A DNA stretch of 64,000 nucleotides from Paraspadella gotoi (Eukaryota; Animalia; Chaetognatha), in NCBI GenBank assembly GCA_051294375.1, contig CM119271.1, positions 7,364,804-7,428,803 on the forward strand, given 5' to 3'. Positions 37,137 to 55,643 of the stretch are shown piece by piece. Position 1 is the stretch's first letter, and the number at the start of each line of letters is the position of its first letter. Below the pieces are notes generated by a model. It was not told the origin of the DNA. It saw nothing but the letters and a program-made list of their open reading frames with translations, and did no database searches. The translations under genes and the position numbers were made by a program.

Positions 37137-38389
37137 TCCTTCTTTTTTTTCGTTCAACCTTTTTAAATAATTGTATTGTTTCCTCTGTAACGCTTTTCAC
37201 AACAAATTGTCGCCTGTGTCAGCCTAATACTGCATTCCTGATGACATCCCACCTGTCCATCCCTCGTCCTTACATCCGTACATCCTTCGTTAAGTCCGTA
37301 CGTCCTTCCATTCCGCCCTTCTTGAGGTCGACAGTCTCGGTCTAATCCCCTCAAGAAATTCATGGACCAAAGAGAAAGGAAAAAAAAAAGAGGAAGGAAA
37401 AAAAGGAAGGAAAGGAAAAAAAGGGAAAAAGAAAGGAAAACAGGGACGGAGAAAGGAGGCAAGAAGATTGAAAGGTAGCAGTAGGGACAAGAGGAGACAA
37501 GAAAAAAGAAAGAAAAAGAATGATGAAAGAAGGAGAGAGAAAAAAAGGGAGGAACTGGAGAAATGGAAAGAAAGAAAGAAGGAAGGTTGGCAACGAAAGG
37601 AAGGATAGAGGGAAAAAAAGAAAGTAAGAAGAAGAAATTAGAAAGGAAAAAAGAAGAGAAAATTATGAGAGCGAAAAGACGAAAGAAGGAAAAAGAAAAG
37701 AAAAAATGATTGAAAGAAAGAAAGAGGAGGAAAGAGGAGGCCAAGCCAAAAAAAAAAGAAGGAGAGACGAAAGATCGAAATATCGAATCGGAGAAAAAAA
37801 ATATTCTAGGTAATCTTGGACTTATGGTCAACAGCGTCGACCAGATTCGCTCATAACTTCTTTCCTTCCTCTTTTCCTCTTCCTCCTCTCACACCTTTTT
37901 TCTTCCTCACTTTTCTTTCTCATCTTTTCTTTTCCCTTTTCCTCTCTATTCTCGCGTCTCACCCCCCCCCCCACCCTTAGTTCTTAGCTCCTTTTTCCCA
38001 TTACTCTGTTCCGATTGGTTACTTCTGTCCTTCGCGAGGTTTTTTTCCCCCTCGCGCCCTGTGATTGGTTACTTGACGAAGATGAAACCGTTTTCTGATT
38101 GGTCAATTCGCATCCCAGTTTCTCTCTCTATTTTCTCTTCTCCTTCTCTCTCTCTCTCTCTCTCTCTCCTCCTCTCTCTCTCTCTCTCTTCTCTCTCTCT
38201 CCTTTCTCTCTCTCTCTCTTTCTCTGCTCTTTTTCTCTCTCTCTCTCGTCTTTTCCTCTCTCCTCTCCTCTCTTCTCTCTCTTTCTCTCTCCTCTCTCTC
38301 TTCTCTCTACTCTTCTCCTCTCTCCGCGAGCCGACGTCTATTTTTAGATTTTTTTGATCTATCTTAGTACTTACATCCTCTTTCTCTGC
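33391..38389 (+). repeat. Copy B (equivalent to ~28370-33365)
   Basis: Colinear with copy A. The last ~1.6 kb appears identical at an offset of 5024 (identical ORFs at 31804/36828, 32139/37163, 33037/38061). Flanked by 25-N gaps. Confidence 0.9.
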
Positions 38390-38414
38390 NNNNNNNNNNN
38401 NNNNNNNNNNNNNN

Positions 38415-38959
38415 CGAATGTAGCGCGAAGAGAAAATTTGATTTTTTCAGATGAAAACCGAAAAAATTGGGGGAAAAGTCGCGGGGAATTTCGGTTACGA
38501 GACGGAATTTTAAAACAAGGAGGAAAAAAGGGCGGGGGTGTTGAAAAAGGGGGTAGAGAGAGAGAGTGGAACTGAAAAAAAAGATAGAAAACTGAAATAA
38601 AAAGTGGAAGGAGGAAAGAGTGATAATTGATAAAGAGGAAAGAGGAAGATGGAGTAAAAGAATAAAGTAAGGTAGAAGAGAAAAGAGAAAGAGGAGAGAA
38701 GGAAAAGGAAGAGAGAAAAAAGGAATACGAAGAGAAAAAGAAGGGAAAAGAAAGAAGGAGGAAAAAGAAAAATGAGAAATGTAGTTTGGAAAAGAGAAAA
38801 GAGGAAAAGAGGAAGAAAAAACGAGAGAAAAAGGAAAATAGTAAAAGATAAAAAATGTTATATAAAATTAAATGGAGGAAAAAAAGAAGAGAGAAATTAA
38901 AGAGAAAAAAAGGAAAGTGAAGGAAAAACTTTTCTTTTTTTTCTCCAGCGGCAAGTGAC

Positions 38960-39015
<56 letters not shown>

Positions 39016-39172
39016 TCCCCTACTTTACTCTAAACGCGAAAGCGTGACGAAACATGAGAAAAAACGGCGAAAAAGAAAAAAATAATAATTTTTTTTTTTC
39101 GTAAGATTGAATATTATAAGAGCCTTGACCCCCAAGTCTCGATGGGACGACGGGCGGTTAAATTCCTATCTC

Positions 39173-39236
<64 letters not shown>

Positions 39237-40556
39237 TCTCTCTCTCTCTTCTCCTCTCCCTCCGTTTTGTACTTTATACTCGGCGGTTGACGACCTTGTT
39301 TATAACGAGAATTGTCAAAAAGAAATGTTTTTTTCATCATATCGTATCTTATTAAAATAAAATAAAAAAATTAAAAAAGAAAGAAACATTTATCATCGAA
39401 AATCGACTTTTCTCAAATGAGGTTTTTTTTCTGTCTTTATCGATTTTTCTCTTCTGTTGATTCATGAGTCTCGCGTCGCGACTTTTGACACAAAAGGTCG
39501 ACGAGGCGTTTGAGCAAAAAGGGTTTGAGGGAAATCGATCGAAATGTTTGACCGAAAAAAAATATAAAAAAAAACGATTGGACGAGCATCGATCGGAGGA
39601 AGATCGAAAATTCCTGACAGAAACTATCGAATGTTTGACATTGAAAGCGTCGGAACAGTTTGACCAAATTTTCGCTACTATGTAATTATCCAAATAAAAT
39701 CTAGTTTTTGACAAAAATGACCCCAAGTTTTGATAAAAAAGATCGTAAAAAAAATTGACCAAAAGTTTTGATAATTACGACAATCAAAATCCGACCATCT
39801 GATTAGAGCAGATCTGTAAAGTTTTGGCGAAAAAATCTTTAATTTAATTAAAGTTTAAAGCTGACTGATCGGTGGAATTTTCTTCGTCATCATCGTCGTT
39901 TCAAGTTTAAAGCTGACTGATCGGTGGAATTTTCTTCGTCGTCATCGTCGTTCTAAATATTTGTCTCCTTCAATTGTTTTTGTTTTCGTGTTCAACTCTT
40001 GTTTTCTATTCCGTTTTCTTTATTGCTTCTACGAGTTGTCGTTGTACTAATCAATGTCTCTGCTTGTCATGGTTGACTCCGGCTTTCGTCGTCGTCGTCG
40101 TCGTCGTCGTTGTTGTTGTTTTTGTTGTCGTCGTCACCTGGCGACGACTTTTCGCGTGGGCGTTGATTCTGTTTGGGCTTCGAGTAGACGAGTGACGGTT
40201 AGAGACGCGTCGTGGGGATAGAGAAGTGGATAGAGAGGTTAGAAGAGAAGTGGAGGGGTAAAGAGTTGAAAAGGTAGGAGGCAGAGAGGGGAAAAAATAG
40301 AATACTACAGAACAATGCATGAAGCAGTAGTGAAAAGATTTATTACCATTTTCATTATTTAAAAATACTTTTTTCTTAAAATTGAAGTTTATAACTTTGA
40401 AAATATGAAACATTTTTAAAAAAATATGATGAGACAAATAACCTTCTAACTTTCTCAGAGAAACCAAATGCATACAAATCGGTTATTGCAAATAAAGGAG
40501 AGAGGAGAGAGAATGAGAAGAGAGAGAGAGACGAGAGGAGGAGAGAGAGAGAGGAA

Positions 40557-40596
<40 letters not shown>

Positions 40597-40710
40597 GATA
40601 ATTTGGCCAGATTAATATGTAGGATCTGTGATCGATGACTTTGATTCGACGTGGAAAGAGTTAATTGGAACACGCGGTTAGTATGTGAAGGCATCTCTCT
40701 CTCTCTCTCT
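38415..40710 (+). repeat. Copy C (equivalent to ~29222-31610)
   Basis: Starts cgaatgtagcgcgaag and runs to gaaggcatc(TC)n. Differs mainly by small indels. Confidence 0.9.
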
Positions 40711-40814
40711 CTCTCTCAGTCTCTCTCTCTCTCTGCTCTGCTCCCTTCTCTCTCTCATTGCTCTCTCTCCAAATTGAGATCGAGAGAGAGAGGAGAGAGA
40801 GAGAGAGAGAGAAG

Positions 40815-40986
40815 AGCAGAAGAGAAAGAGGATGATAGGTACTAAAGATAGATCAAAAAAATCTAAAAATAGACGTCGGCAGTGCGGAGAGAGGGAGAGA
40901 GAGAGAGAGAGGAGACGAGAGAGAGAGGGAGAGAGAGAAAGAGAGAGAGAGAGAGAGGAGAGAGGAAGAGAGAGAGAAGAGAAAGA

Positions 40987-41040
<54 letters not shown>

Positions 41041-43205
41041 TCGAGGAGAGAGAGAGAGAGAGCATGGCTATGACTCAGAAGCCTCGAACAGCCGCGAGCC
41101 TCCGGGAGCAGCCGGGCACGCCGCGCCGATCGGCTTCTCCCTGCCTTTCGACTTTTTGCGCTCCGGCTATTACCTTACTCCTCTTCCTCTTCCTGTCTCC
41201 TTTTATGCTCCCGGATCCGCGCGGCTGGCAAAGTCGATCCGATCGTAGCTGCAGCGGCCGGACTTTACTCTCTTTCTCTCTCTGCTTACCCTCGTCCACC
41301 GACCGAGGCTCTTCTCTACTTAGCCTCCGCGGCGGATTCGATCCATAGGTCGCGCGGATCGGGGAGTTCTCTGTGTTAACGAGATGAAGGCCTTTGTTGA
41401 AAGTTATTACATGTATTTGTAGGGTCATTTCACGATGTCTAAAAAAAAAGAAAGAAAAAAAAAAAAAAGACAGAAAAGAACGAGAGAGAGGAAAGAAAAG
41501 AAAAAGAAGGGAAAAAAAATTAAAAAATTTAGTCAATAATCTTTGTTTTAATTATTTAGATTTTGAGCCTTGTAAAATAATGAAATAATAAAAAAGAGAT
41601 ACATCTAACAATAATTGATTACAATATGCTAAAAACAATTGAAAATATGCATAAGGATAAAAATGCATCAGAAATGGAGATGATAATATTATTTTTTGCA
41701 TTTTTGTACGCGCAGGACGTATGAAGAGTAAAGAGCTAGAAAATTTTAGAATCAATGAGATAACAATGTTGAGCATGCAGCTGTGAATATTTTTAAAATA
41801 ATTTTTTTTGAATTCAATTTTTGCGCATAGCCCTATTTAAACATTTAAATGCTCAAAAAATTTTGTAAATAATTTTTTTCTTACTTTTAAAAGACAGATT
41901 TAAATTTCTCCTATTGAATTGAATGAATTCAATTGACTAAATATCAAAATTTTCAAACAAAAGTCTAAGCACAGTTTTTTAAGGTTGTGCTTTTGTCTCA
42001 GAAAGCTCCCTTTGAGTGCCGGTTACTGTTTTGATGAGGTCGCCTTAGGCTTATACCAGGAGTGTAGCAAAGTTTGAAACAAAAGGGGCCCGTGGCAAAA
42101 CATTTGTCTGGGAATCCTGAAGCTAACTACTTACAACTACTACTACTACTACTTGTAATTCATTAATCAACCATTTATACTACTAGTGTAATAAATACAG
42201 TGTATAATTTTCTTGTTTGGTATTTCGCTAATTAAGGTTGGAGATATCTCTTTGAGTACCTTTACCATTAGAGACTTAAATTGTGGCTCATTTTGTAACC
42301 CGACATGTGGCATATCTGGACATCAATTTTTACTCAATTCTAAAATGTGCTTTAGTATTATGCTTCTCCGGCCCAATGAGGTCTTTGAATTTGAGCATCA
42401 ACTTATGATTTCTTTACCTTTTAATATTGCACAAATCACAATCAATTAAAACTTAGGTTAATGTGTTAAAAAAAAACATTTGAGTATGCAAAATTTAGGC
42501 CTATGTCAGCTCTACAAAGTGTATAGATTCATATTTTTTAATTCCTAGTTACTTTTTAACTTCTGAAATTAATAAAAATATTCTTTTTTTTAACAAATGT
42601 CAAAAAATTTGTGTTTTTTTTGAAAACAATTTTTTTCTAATTTAGAATAATATTGTTGTATTGGATTCAGCTTGGATTTATTTGTTTTTCTTGTTTTGTT
42701 TTCACTGGTGGATTATTTCAAGAAGCCTTATTTTTTACTCAAATTCATTATTATTTTTCGTGCCTATAGAGAAAAAAAAAATGTCGTTAAAATTACTTGA
42801 ATACTGCTAATCCCTAAGAGAATGTCGTTATTAAGTAGTATGGCTCTCAAAATTGTAGTTATGTTAAAAAAAAATTATCAAGTTGAAATATAATAATTTG
42901 GATGGCAAAATTAAAGAGAGGAGAGGGAATGACAAAAATGAATACATTAAAAGGAAAAAATAAAGATAGTAGAAAGAGAGCGAGACGGCAAGACAAGAGA
43001 GAGTAAGAGAGAGGGAGAGAGAGAAAGAGAGAGATATGCCGGCCCCGATCCGCTCGGACTCGACCGGAAGCAGCCCGGGAAGAGAGGAAAATCCCTCCTC
43101 CGATCCGAGAGCGGAAGAAGCCCGGAAGGAGAAGTGAGTCGATCGGCAGCCGCGTCGCCGCCGCTTCCGGTCTACGCTGCGTTCGGAGAAGCTGAGCTAT
43201 ATGAC

Positions 43206-43240
<35 letters not shown>

Positions 43241-44245
43241 GAAGAGAGAAAGAAATAGAGAGAGAAACTGGATGCGAATTGACCAATCAGAAAACGGTTT
43301 CATCTTCGTCAAGTAACCAATCACAGGGCGCTAGGGGAAAAAAACCTCGCGAAGGACAGAAGTCAACCAATCGGAACAGAGTAATGGAAAAAGGAGCTAA
43401 GAACTAAGGGTGGGGGGGGTGAGCGAGAATAGGAGAGGAAAGGGAAAAGAAGATGAGAAAGAAAAGTGAAGGAGAGAAAAAAGGTGTGAGAGGAGGAAGA
43501 GGAAAGAGGAAGGAAAGAAGTTATGAGCGAATCTGGTCGACCTGTTTGACCATAAGTCCAAGATTACCTAGAATATTTTTTTTTCTCCGATTCGATATTT
43601 CGATCTTTCGTCTCTCCTTCTTTTTTTTTTGGCTTGCCTCCTCTTTCCTCCTCTTTCTTTCTTTCAATCATTTTTCTTTTCTTTTTCCTTCTTTCGTCTT
43701 TTCGCTCTCATAATTTTCTCTTCTTTTTTCCTTTCTTAATTTCTTTCTTCCTTACTTCTTTTTTTCCCTCTATCCTTCCTTTCGTTGCCAACCTTCCTTC
43801 TTTCTTTCTTTCCATTCTCCAGTTCCTCCCTTTTTTTTCTCTCTCCCTTCTTTCATTCATTCTTTCTTTCTTTTTTTCTTGTCTCCTCTTGTCCCTACCT
43901 AGCTACCTTTCAATCTTCTTGCCTTCCTTTCTCCGTCCCTGTTTTCCTTTCTTTATTCCCTTTTTTTCCTTCCTTCCTTTTTTTCCTTCCTCTTTTTTTT
44001 TCCTTTCTCTTTGGTCCCATGATTTCTTGAAGGGGGATTAGACCGAGCTGTCGACCTCAAGAAGGGCGGAATGGAAGGACGTACGGACTTACGAAGGGAT
44101 GTACGGATGTAAGGACTGAGGGATGGACAGGTGGATGTCAATCAGGAATGCAGTATAGGCTGACACAGGCGACAATTTGTTGTGAAAAGCGTTACAGAGG
44201 AAACAATACAATTATTTAAAAAGGTTGAACGAAAAAAAAGAAGGA

Positions 44246-44304
<59 letters not shown>

Positions 44305-44345
44305 CAAGAAAGAAAGAAAGAAAGAAAGAAAGAAATAGAGAAAGC

Positions 44346-44405
<60 letters not shown>

Positions 44406-44538
44406 AACAAACAAAGAAACATAGAAAAGAAACACACAAAGAAACAAATAAATGAAAAAGTTAAACATGAAGTATATTGTGAAAGCCGACCGTGACGCGT
44501 CAGCTGGAACACACAACATTGAAGATTTTTTTTTTCAT
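40815..44538 (-). repeat. Copy D: inverted copy of ~31820-33365, interrupted by the 41062-43208 insertion
   Basis: 40815-40885 is the reverse complement of 33300-33365. 43255-44538 is the reverse complement of 31820-33105. Confidence 0.9.
41062..43208. mobile_element. ~2.15-kb non-autonomous DNA-transposon-like element with ~200-bp diverged GC-rich TIRs, inserted in (GA)n
   Basis: 41062-41285 aligns by eye with the reverse complement of 43010-43208 (ctcag..cgaac..ccgg.agc.gc..acgc.gc.gccgatcg..cttctcc..tgct.ccgg..gtcga.tccga.cg..ggccgg). The interior is AT-rich. It is absent from the homologous (TC)n tracts at 33100-33300 and 38120-38325. Confidence 0.6.
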
Positions 44539-44606
44539 CCTTCCCTCTCCTCCCTCTCTCCTCTCTCTCTCCTCCTCTCTTCTTCTCTCTCTCCTCTCCC
44601 CCACTC

Positions 44607-50830
<6,224 letters not shown>

Positions 50831-51847
50831 NNNNNNNNNNNNNNNNNNNNNNNNNATCGATGCACCGGGGAATAATTGAATCCGTTCTATTCTTCTCTCC
50901 TTTTTCTTTTCCTTTTCCTTTTTTTCCCCCCTTTTCACTTTTTTGTTTTCTTTTTTTTTTCGGAACGGTTGCGAGGAACTTAATGAAGAAAAAAGAAATT
51001 AAAAAATTTTGAAAAAAAAAAAGGAATATCGATTTAACGATCCAGAGAGTTATTTTCAATTAAGGGTTGAAAATAATCGCCGCTATTGTTCTATATCGTC
51101 GGGTTTATCGTTACATTTACAAACTGTATTACGAGAAAAAAAATTACGAAGCCATCTAATTAAAGTATTCCTAAATCTTTTAATACGGTACGGTATATTT
51201 GAACGAAATATTCAACGTCGAATATCTTATTCAATGTCGACTTCCCCAATTTAAAATTAATTCTTTTCCTCGGCTAAAAAAAGAAACCCCGAGTTGGAAG
51301 CTGAAAAAGATTCGCTTCAATAAATCAATCGATCAGCGGAAAAAAAAAAGATGGCGGAAGGGATGAGGAGGAGGAGGAGGAGGAGGAGGAGGAGAAGGAG
51401 GAGGAGGAGGAAGAGGTGAATTCTGAGAAATTCTGCTGCGGGACGAAAGCGAATGATTTATGGAGAAAGTTTCAGAGAGAAAACGGAGAAAATGAGATTG
51501 CGAGAGAGAGAGAGAGAGGGACGTACGGACAGACAGAAAGATTTTTTGTTTTTCAGATCGATGGACTGACGTACAAACACCTTTTCTTTTGAAATATTGG
51601 ACGGAGGGTCAAAGGAAAAAGATGAGAGACGAACGTGGACAAAGAGAGAATAAAAAATCGTTTAATCTATGATTTTGTATTTAAATATATTGAGATAATT
51701 TTTTTTTTAAGTCAGGAAAGTGAATTTAATCGGTTTAAAAGGAATTTGATAAACAAGAAAAACGGTTTGCATTGTTGATTTCCTTTAACTCGAGAAATTT
51801 CTTTTGATAGAAAGGTTATAGAAAAAGTGTCAATAATTATATTTTCC

Positions 51848-51925
<78 letters not shown>

Positions 51926-52860
51926 CAATCGACCGGAAAGTTGTAACCTTCTTTCCACTTCATTTTTTCTCTCCTATTTTATTTTTATTGTTTTTTTTTT
52001 AAATATATTAATGACGAAACAAAAGTCGAATCTTGAATTAAAATCGCACTTATTTCCTTGGGTGGATAACTTATCGCTTATAACTTATTCCTTTTAATTT
52101 TTATTAATACTTATTTAACCTAAGAATTCATGAACGAATGAATATTGAATATTGAATAACGAATGAATGAATGAACGATGAAACGAACCAATGAATATTG
52201 AATAACCCTCTCGCTGATTCAGCCGTATCCTCTCGCGATCACATTTACAAACTTTCACCGTCGTTCGTTAATTCATTAATTTTTTTTAAAATTAAATTGT
52301 ACCGGTTAATAGAAATTAGTCATTCGACCCATTAGTGACTAACGACTAATGACTAACGACTAACGACTAATGAATTACCGACGCCGAGATTACGAGATTA
52401 ACCCTTTCTTTAAAAAAAATTCATAATCTAGACGATTTCCCTTTTTCACATTTTCAAGTTATTTTCAGTTTTGAATTTTAATCAGCAAAAAAAAAAAATT
52501 ATATTTCATTAATGTTTAATTTTTTGGGGGTTTAAATTAAATTGTCGCCTTTTGTCTCGTTAAAATCGCACGTGTTTTTTTTTTTTTTTTTCTGTTTTGT
52601 TTTAAACGGATGAAGAATAATTTGAGATAATCGCCGGAAAAAATTGCGAAATCTCTTTACGGTGACGAACAACAACAACAACAGCAAAAAAAAACAACAA
52701 CAACAAAAACATTGTCGATAATAACATTTCCAACTGCGCCATAACAATGACGAAACATTAGAATTATCATAGCAACGTTACCATCGCATCGGGAGATCTG
52801 ATCCAACCGCATTCTCAAATCTGAGAATCCACGTTGGTTTTCTATCCTTTTATTTTCTTA

Positions 52861-52982
52861 CCTTTCCTTTTCTTCCCTTTCCTTTCCTTTTCTTTCCTTT
52901 CCTTTCCTTTCCTTTCCTTTCCTTTCCTTTCCTTTCCTTTCCTTTCCTTTCCTTTCCTTTCCTTTCCTTTCCTTTCCTTTCC
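52861..52982. repeat. (TTTCC)n pentanucleotide microsatellite
   Basis: Read directly from the sequence. Confidence 0.95.
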
Positions 52983-54304
52983 ATTCCATACCTTTTCTTT
53001 TCCTTCCTTTCCTTTCATTTTCTTTACCTTCCCCTTCCTTTTTCCTTTCCTTTACAAAATTTCCTCCCCTACTCAATTCATCTACCCTCACTTCTGTTTT
53101 CTCCTCCTTTCACGTTTCCATCTTTGACTCACGCGCTTCAACTTCTTTTACTTTACGTGTTTCACTTGAAGCGACATTTTCTTTTCCTCTTTTTTACTTA
53201 GATCCTGGTTCGTTTCTTTGCTTTTTTTCTACCTTTCTTTCTTGTTTTGCTTTCTTAGCTTTCTTTTTTGCTTTCTAGCTTTCTTTGTTTCTTTATTTAT
53301 TTGTTTCTTTTTTTTTTTTTTGCTTTTAGGCTTTCTTTCTTTTTTTGCTTTCTAGCTTTCTTTCTTGCTTTTTTTGCTTTTTTTTCTATTTCATCCCTTT
53401 TTCCTGAGATCCTGATTCTTTTTATAATTCTATCCTTTTTCTTTATTTATTTTTTTTCTCACTTTAATTCTATCTTTCTTTTTTCTCTTGTGACTCACCT
53501 TTCTTCCTGTTCTTCCTACAGCCTCCCTGTTTTAAAATCTTTCTCTTTTTTACTTTTACTCCCTTCGACAGCAGACGCTTCTCCCTATCTCGCTCTCCTA
53601 CTCGCTCCCTCTCTCGTTGTTAGCTTCTTGCTTCTTTACGACCGCCGCTACGAAATGTTTTTATTGTTCTCCTTTTTCTCTTTGTCTCTCGCTCTTTCGT
53701 TTCTCTCTCTCTCTCTCTCTCTCTCTNNNNNNNNNNNNNNNNNNNNNNNNNNNNNNNNNNNNNNNNNNNNNNNNNNNNNNNNNNNNNNNNNNNNNNNNNN
53801 NNNNNNNCAAAGAGTCAAATAAAATTTTCATGAAATTAGGGACAACTCCTTCTTCCTCGTCCTTTTCCTCCTCCCTCTCTTCCTCCTCCTCCCTCTCTCC
53901 CTCCCTCTTTCCCTCTTTCTCCCTCTCTCTTCCCCCTCTCGTCCTTCGCCAACATCATTTCTTAAAATTGTCCCGTCTCGCCAGAGGACAGATCCAAGGC
54001 ATTCCACCGCCCCCTTCAAGACCGAAATTGCTCTAGAAGCAGACGGTCGTGTGGCAACGAATCCTGCCCTGCCGTCTCCTCGCGAAAAAAAATAAGACCA
54101 TTTTTTTTAATTAGCCAATGTAACGAATTAATATTTAAATACGCGTAACGTCAAGAGGTTTCAGAATTTATCTCCGCGTCGCAGGTGTTCCGAGGCGAAA
54201 TAATAGAAAAAAGAATAGAAAAAAAGAATAGAAAAAAGATTATATCGAAATGATTTAACGTTTTTATTCTTCATTTGTTTTCTTACTTTTCTCTTTCTCT
54301 TTTT

Positions 54305-54462
54305 ATTCTCCGCGAGTACACACGGTGCAACTCTCTAAGTCACTTCTCGGTCGGTCTGTCGGTCGATCTTTCCGTCGGTCCGTTGGTTGGTCTATCCCAC
54401 TTAGGTTAATAATGCTCATAACTCGCCTATAGTTGGTTGCTCATTTGTTAAGAAAGGAAAAA
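54305..54462 (+). mobile_element. Short HINE-like element
   Basis: cgcgagtac..actctctaagtcactt + (GTCG/GTCT)n + cccactt + ctatagttggttgctcatttgtt. Homologous to 59784-59940. Confidence 0.5.
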
Positions 54463-55474
54463 ATTCCGATGCAGTGTGTGTCAATAAATATACAGGCTGA
54501 AAAAGTTACTGCGGCGCAACACATTGGATAGACGGATCTTTTTTTCTACCTCTTCTATATTTTCCGATAAACTGACAATTTTTTTTATTTTTTTTTATTT
54601 CTTTATTTTTTAAACAGAAATCTATTATTCAGTCAGAATCAACGCATTGACGTTAAAACGGATTTACTGATAAATTAAATTATTAAAAGAAATAAAAAGA
54701 GAAACAGTGAATAAATGAGACATAATTTAATAATTACTCCAAATTTAACGCGTGTAAAAAATACGGAAAAGTCGGTGCGAACGTTTAACCCGTTATCCAA
54801 AATGGCGGCGTTTAAATGACTTCGGAACGGCGAGGGATCGAACTCGCGACCTTCGTCATTTCCTCAACCCCNNNNNNNNNNNNNNNNNNNNNNNNNNNNN
54901 NNNNNNNNNNNNNNNNNNNNNNNNNNNNNNNNNNNNNNNNNNNNNNNNNNNNNNNNNNNNNNNNNNNNNNNNNNNNNNNNNNNNNNNNNNNNNNNNNNNN
55001 NNNNNNNNNNNNNNNNNNNNNNNNNNNNNNNNNNNNNNNNNNNNNNNNNNNNNNNNNNNNNNNNNNNNNNNNNNNNNNNCCGCCGCTGCCGTCATCGCCG
55101 CCCGAGGGAGGCAGCGTGTTGATAACGCGCGCGAGCGAGGATGGCTCTTGTTCTCGTCAATGTGANNNNNNNNNNNNNNNNNNNNNNNNNNNNNNNNNNN
55201 NNNNNNNNNNNNNNNNNNNNNNNNNNNNNNNNNNNNNNNNNNNNNNNNNNNNNNNNNNNNNNNNNNNNNNNNNNNNNNNNNNNNNNNNNNNNNNNNNNNN
55301 NNNNNNNNNNNNNNNNNNNNNNNNNNNNNNNNNNAGAGAGAGAGAGAGAGAGAGAGAAATTGATCTGCGAAGGTCGCATATTCAATATGGCGTCCGAAAT
55401 TCTAGGAGCGATCGACTCGATGGGGCAACATTGCGTTTAGAATTAGAAAGAAAGAAAATAGGAAGAAAAGAAAA

Positions 55475-55521
55475 AAAGAAAGAAAGAAAGAAAGATAGAA
55501 ATAAATAAATAAGTAAATAAG

Positions 55522-55560
<39 letters not shown>

Positions 55561-55579
55561 AATAATAAATAAATAAATA

Positions 55580-55643
<64 letters not shown>
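55475..55643. repeat. Compound (AAAT)n(GAAA)n microsatellite
   Basis: Read directly from the sequence. Confidence 0.95.
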
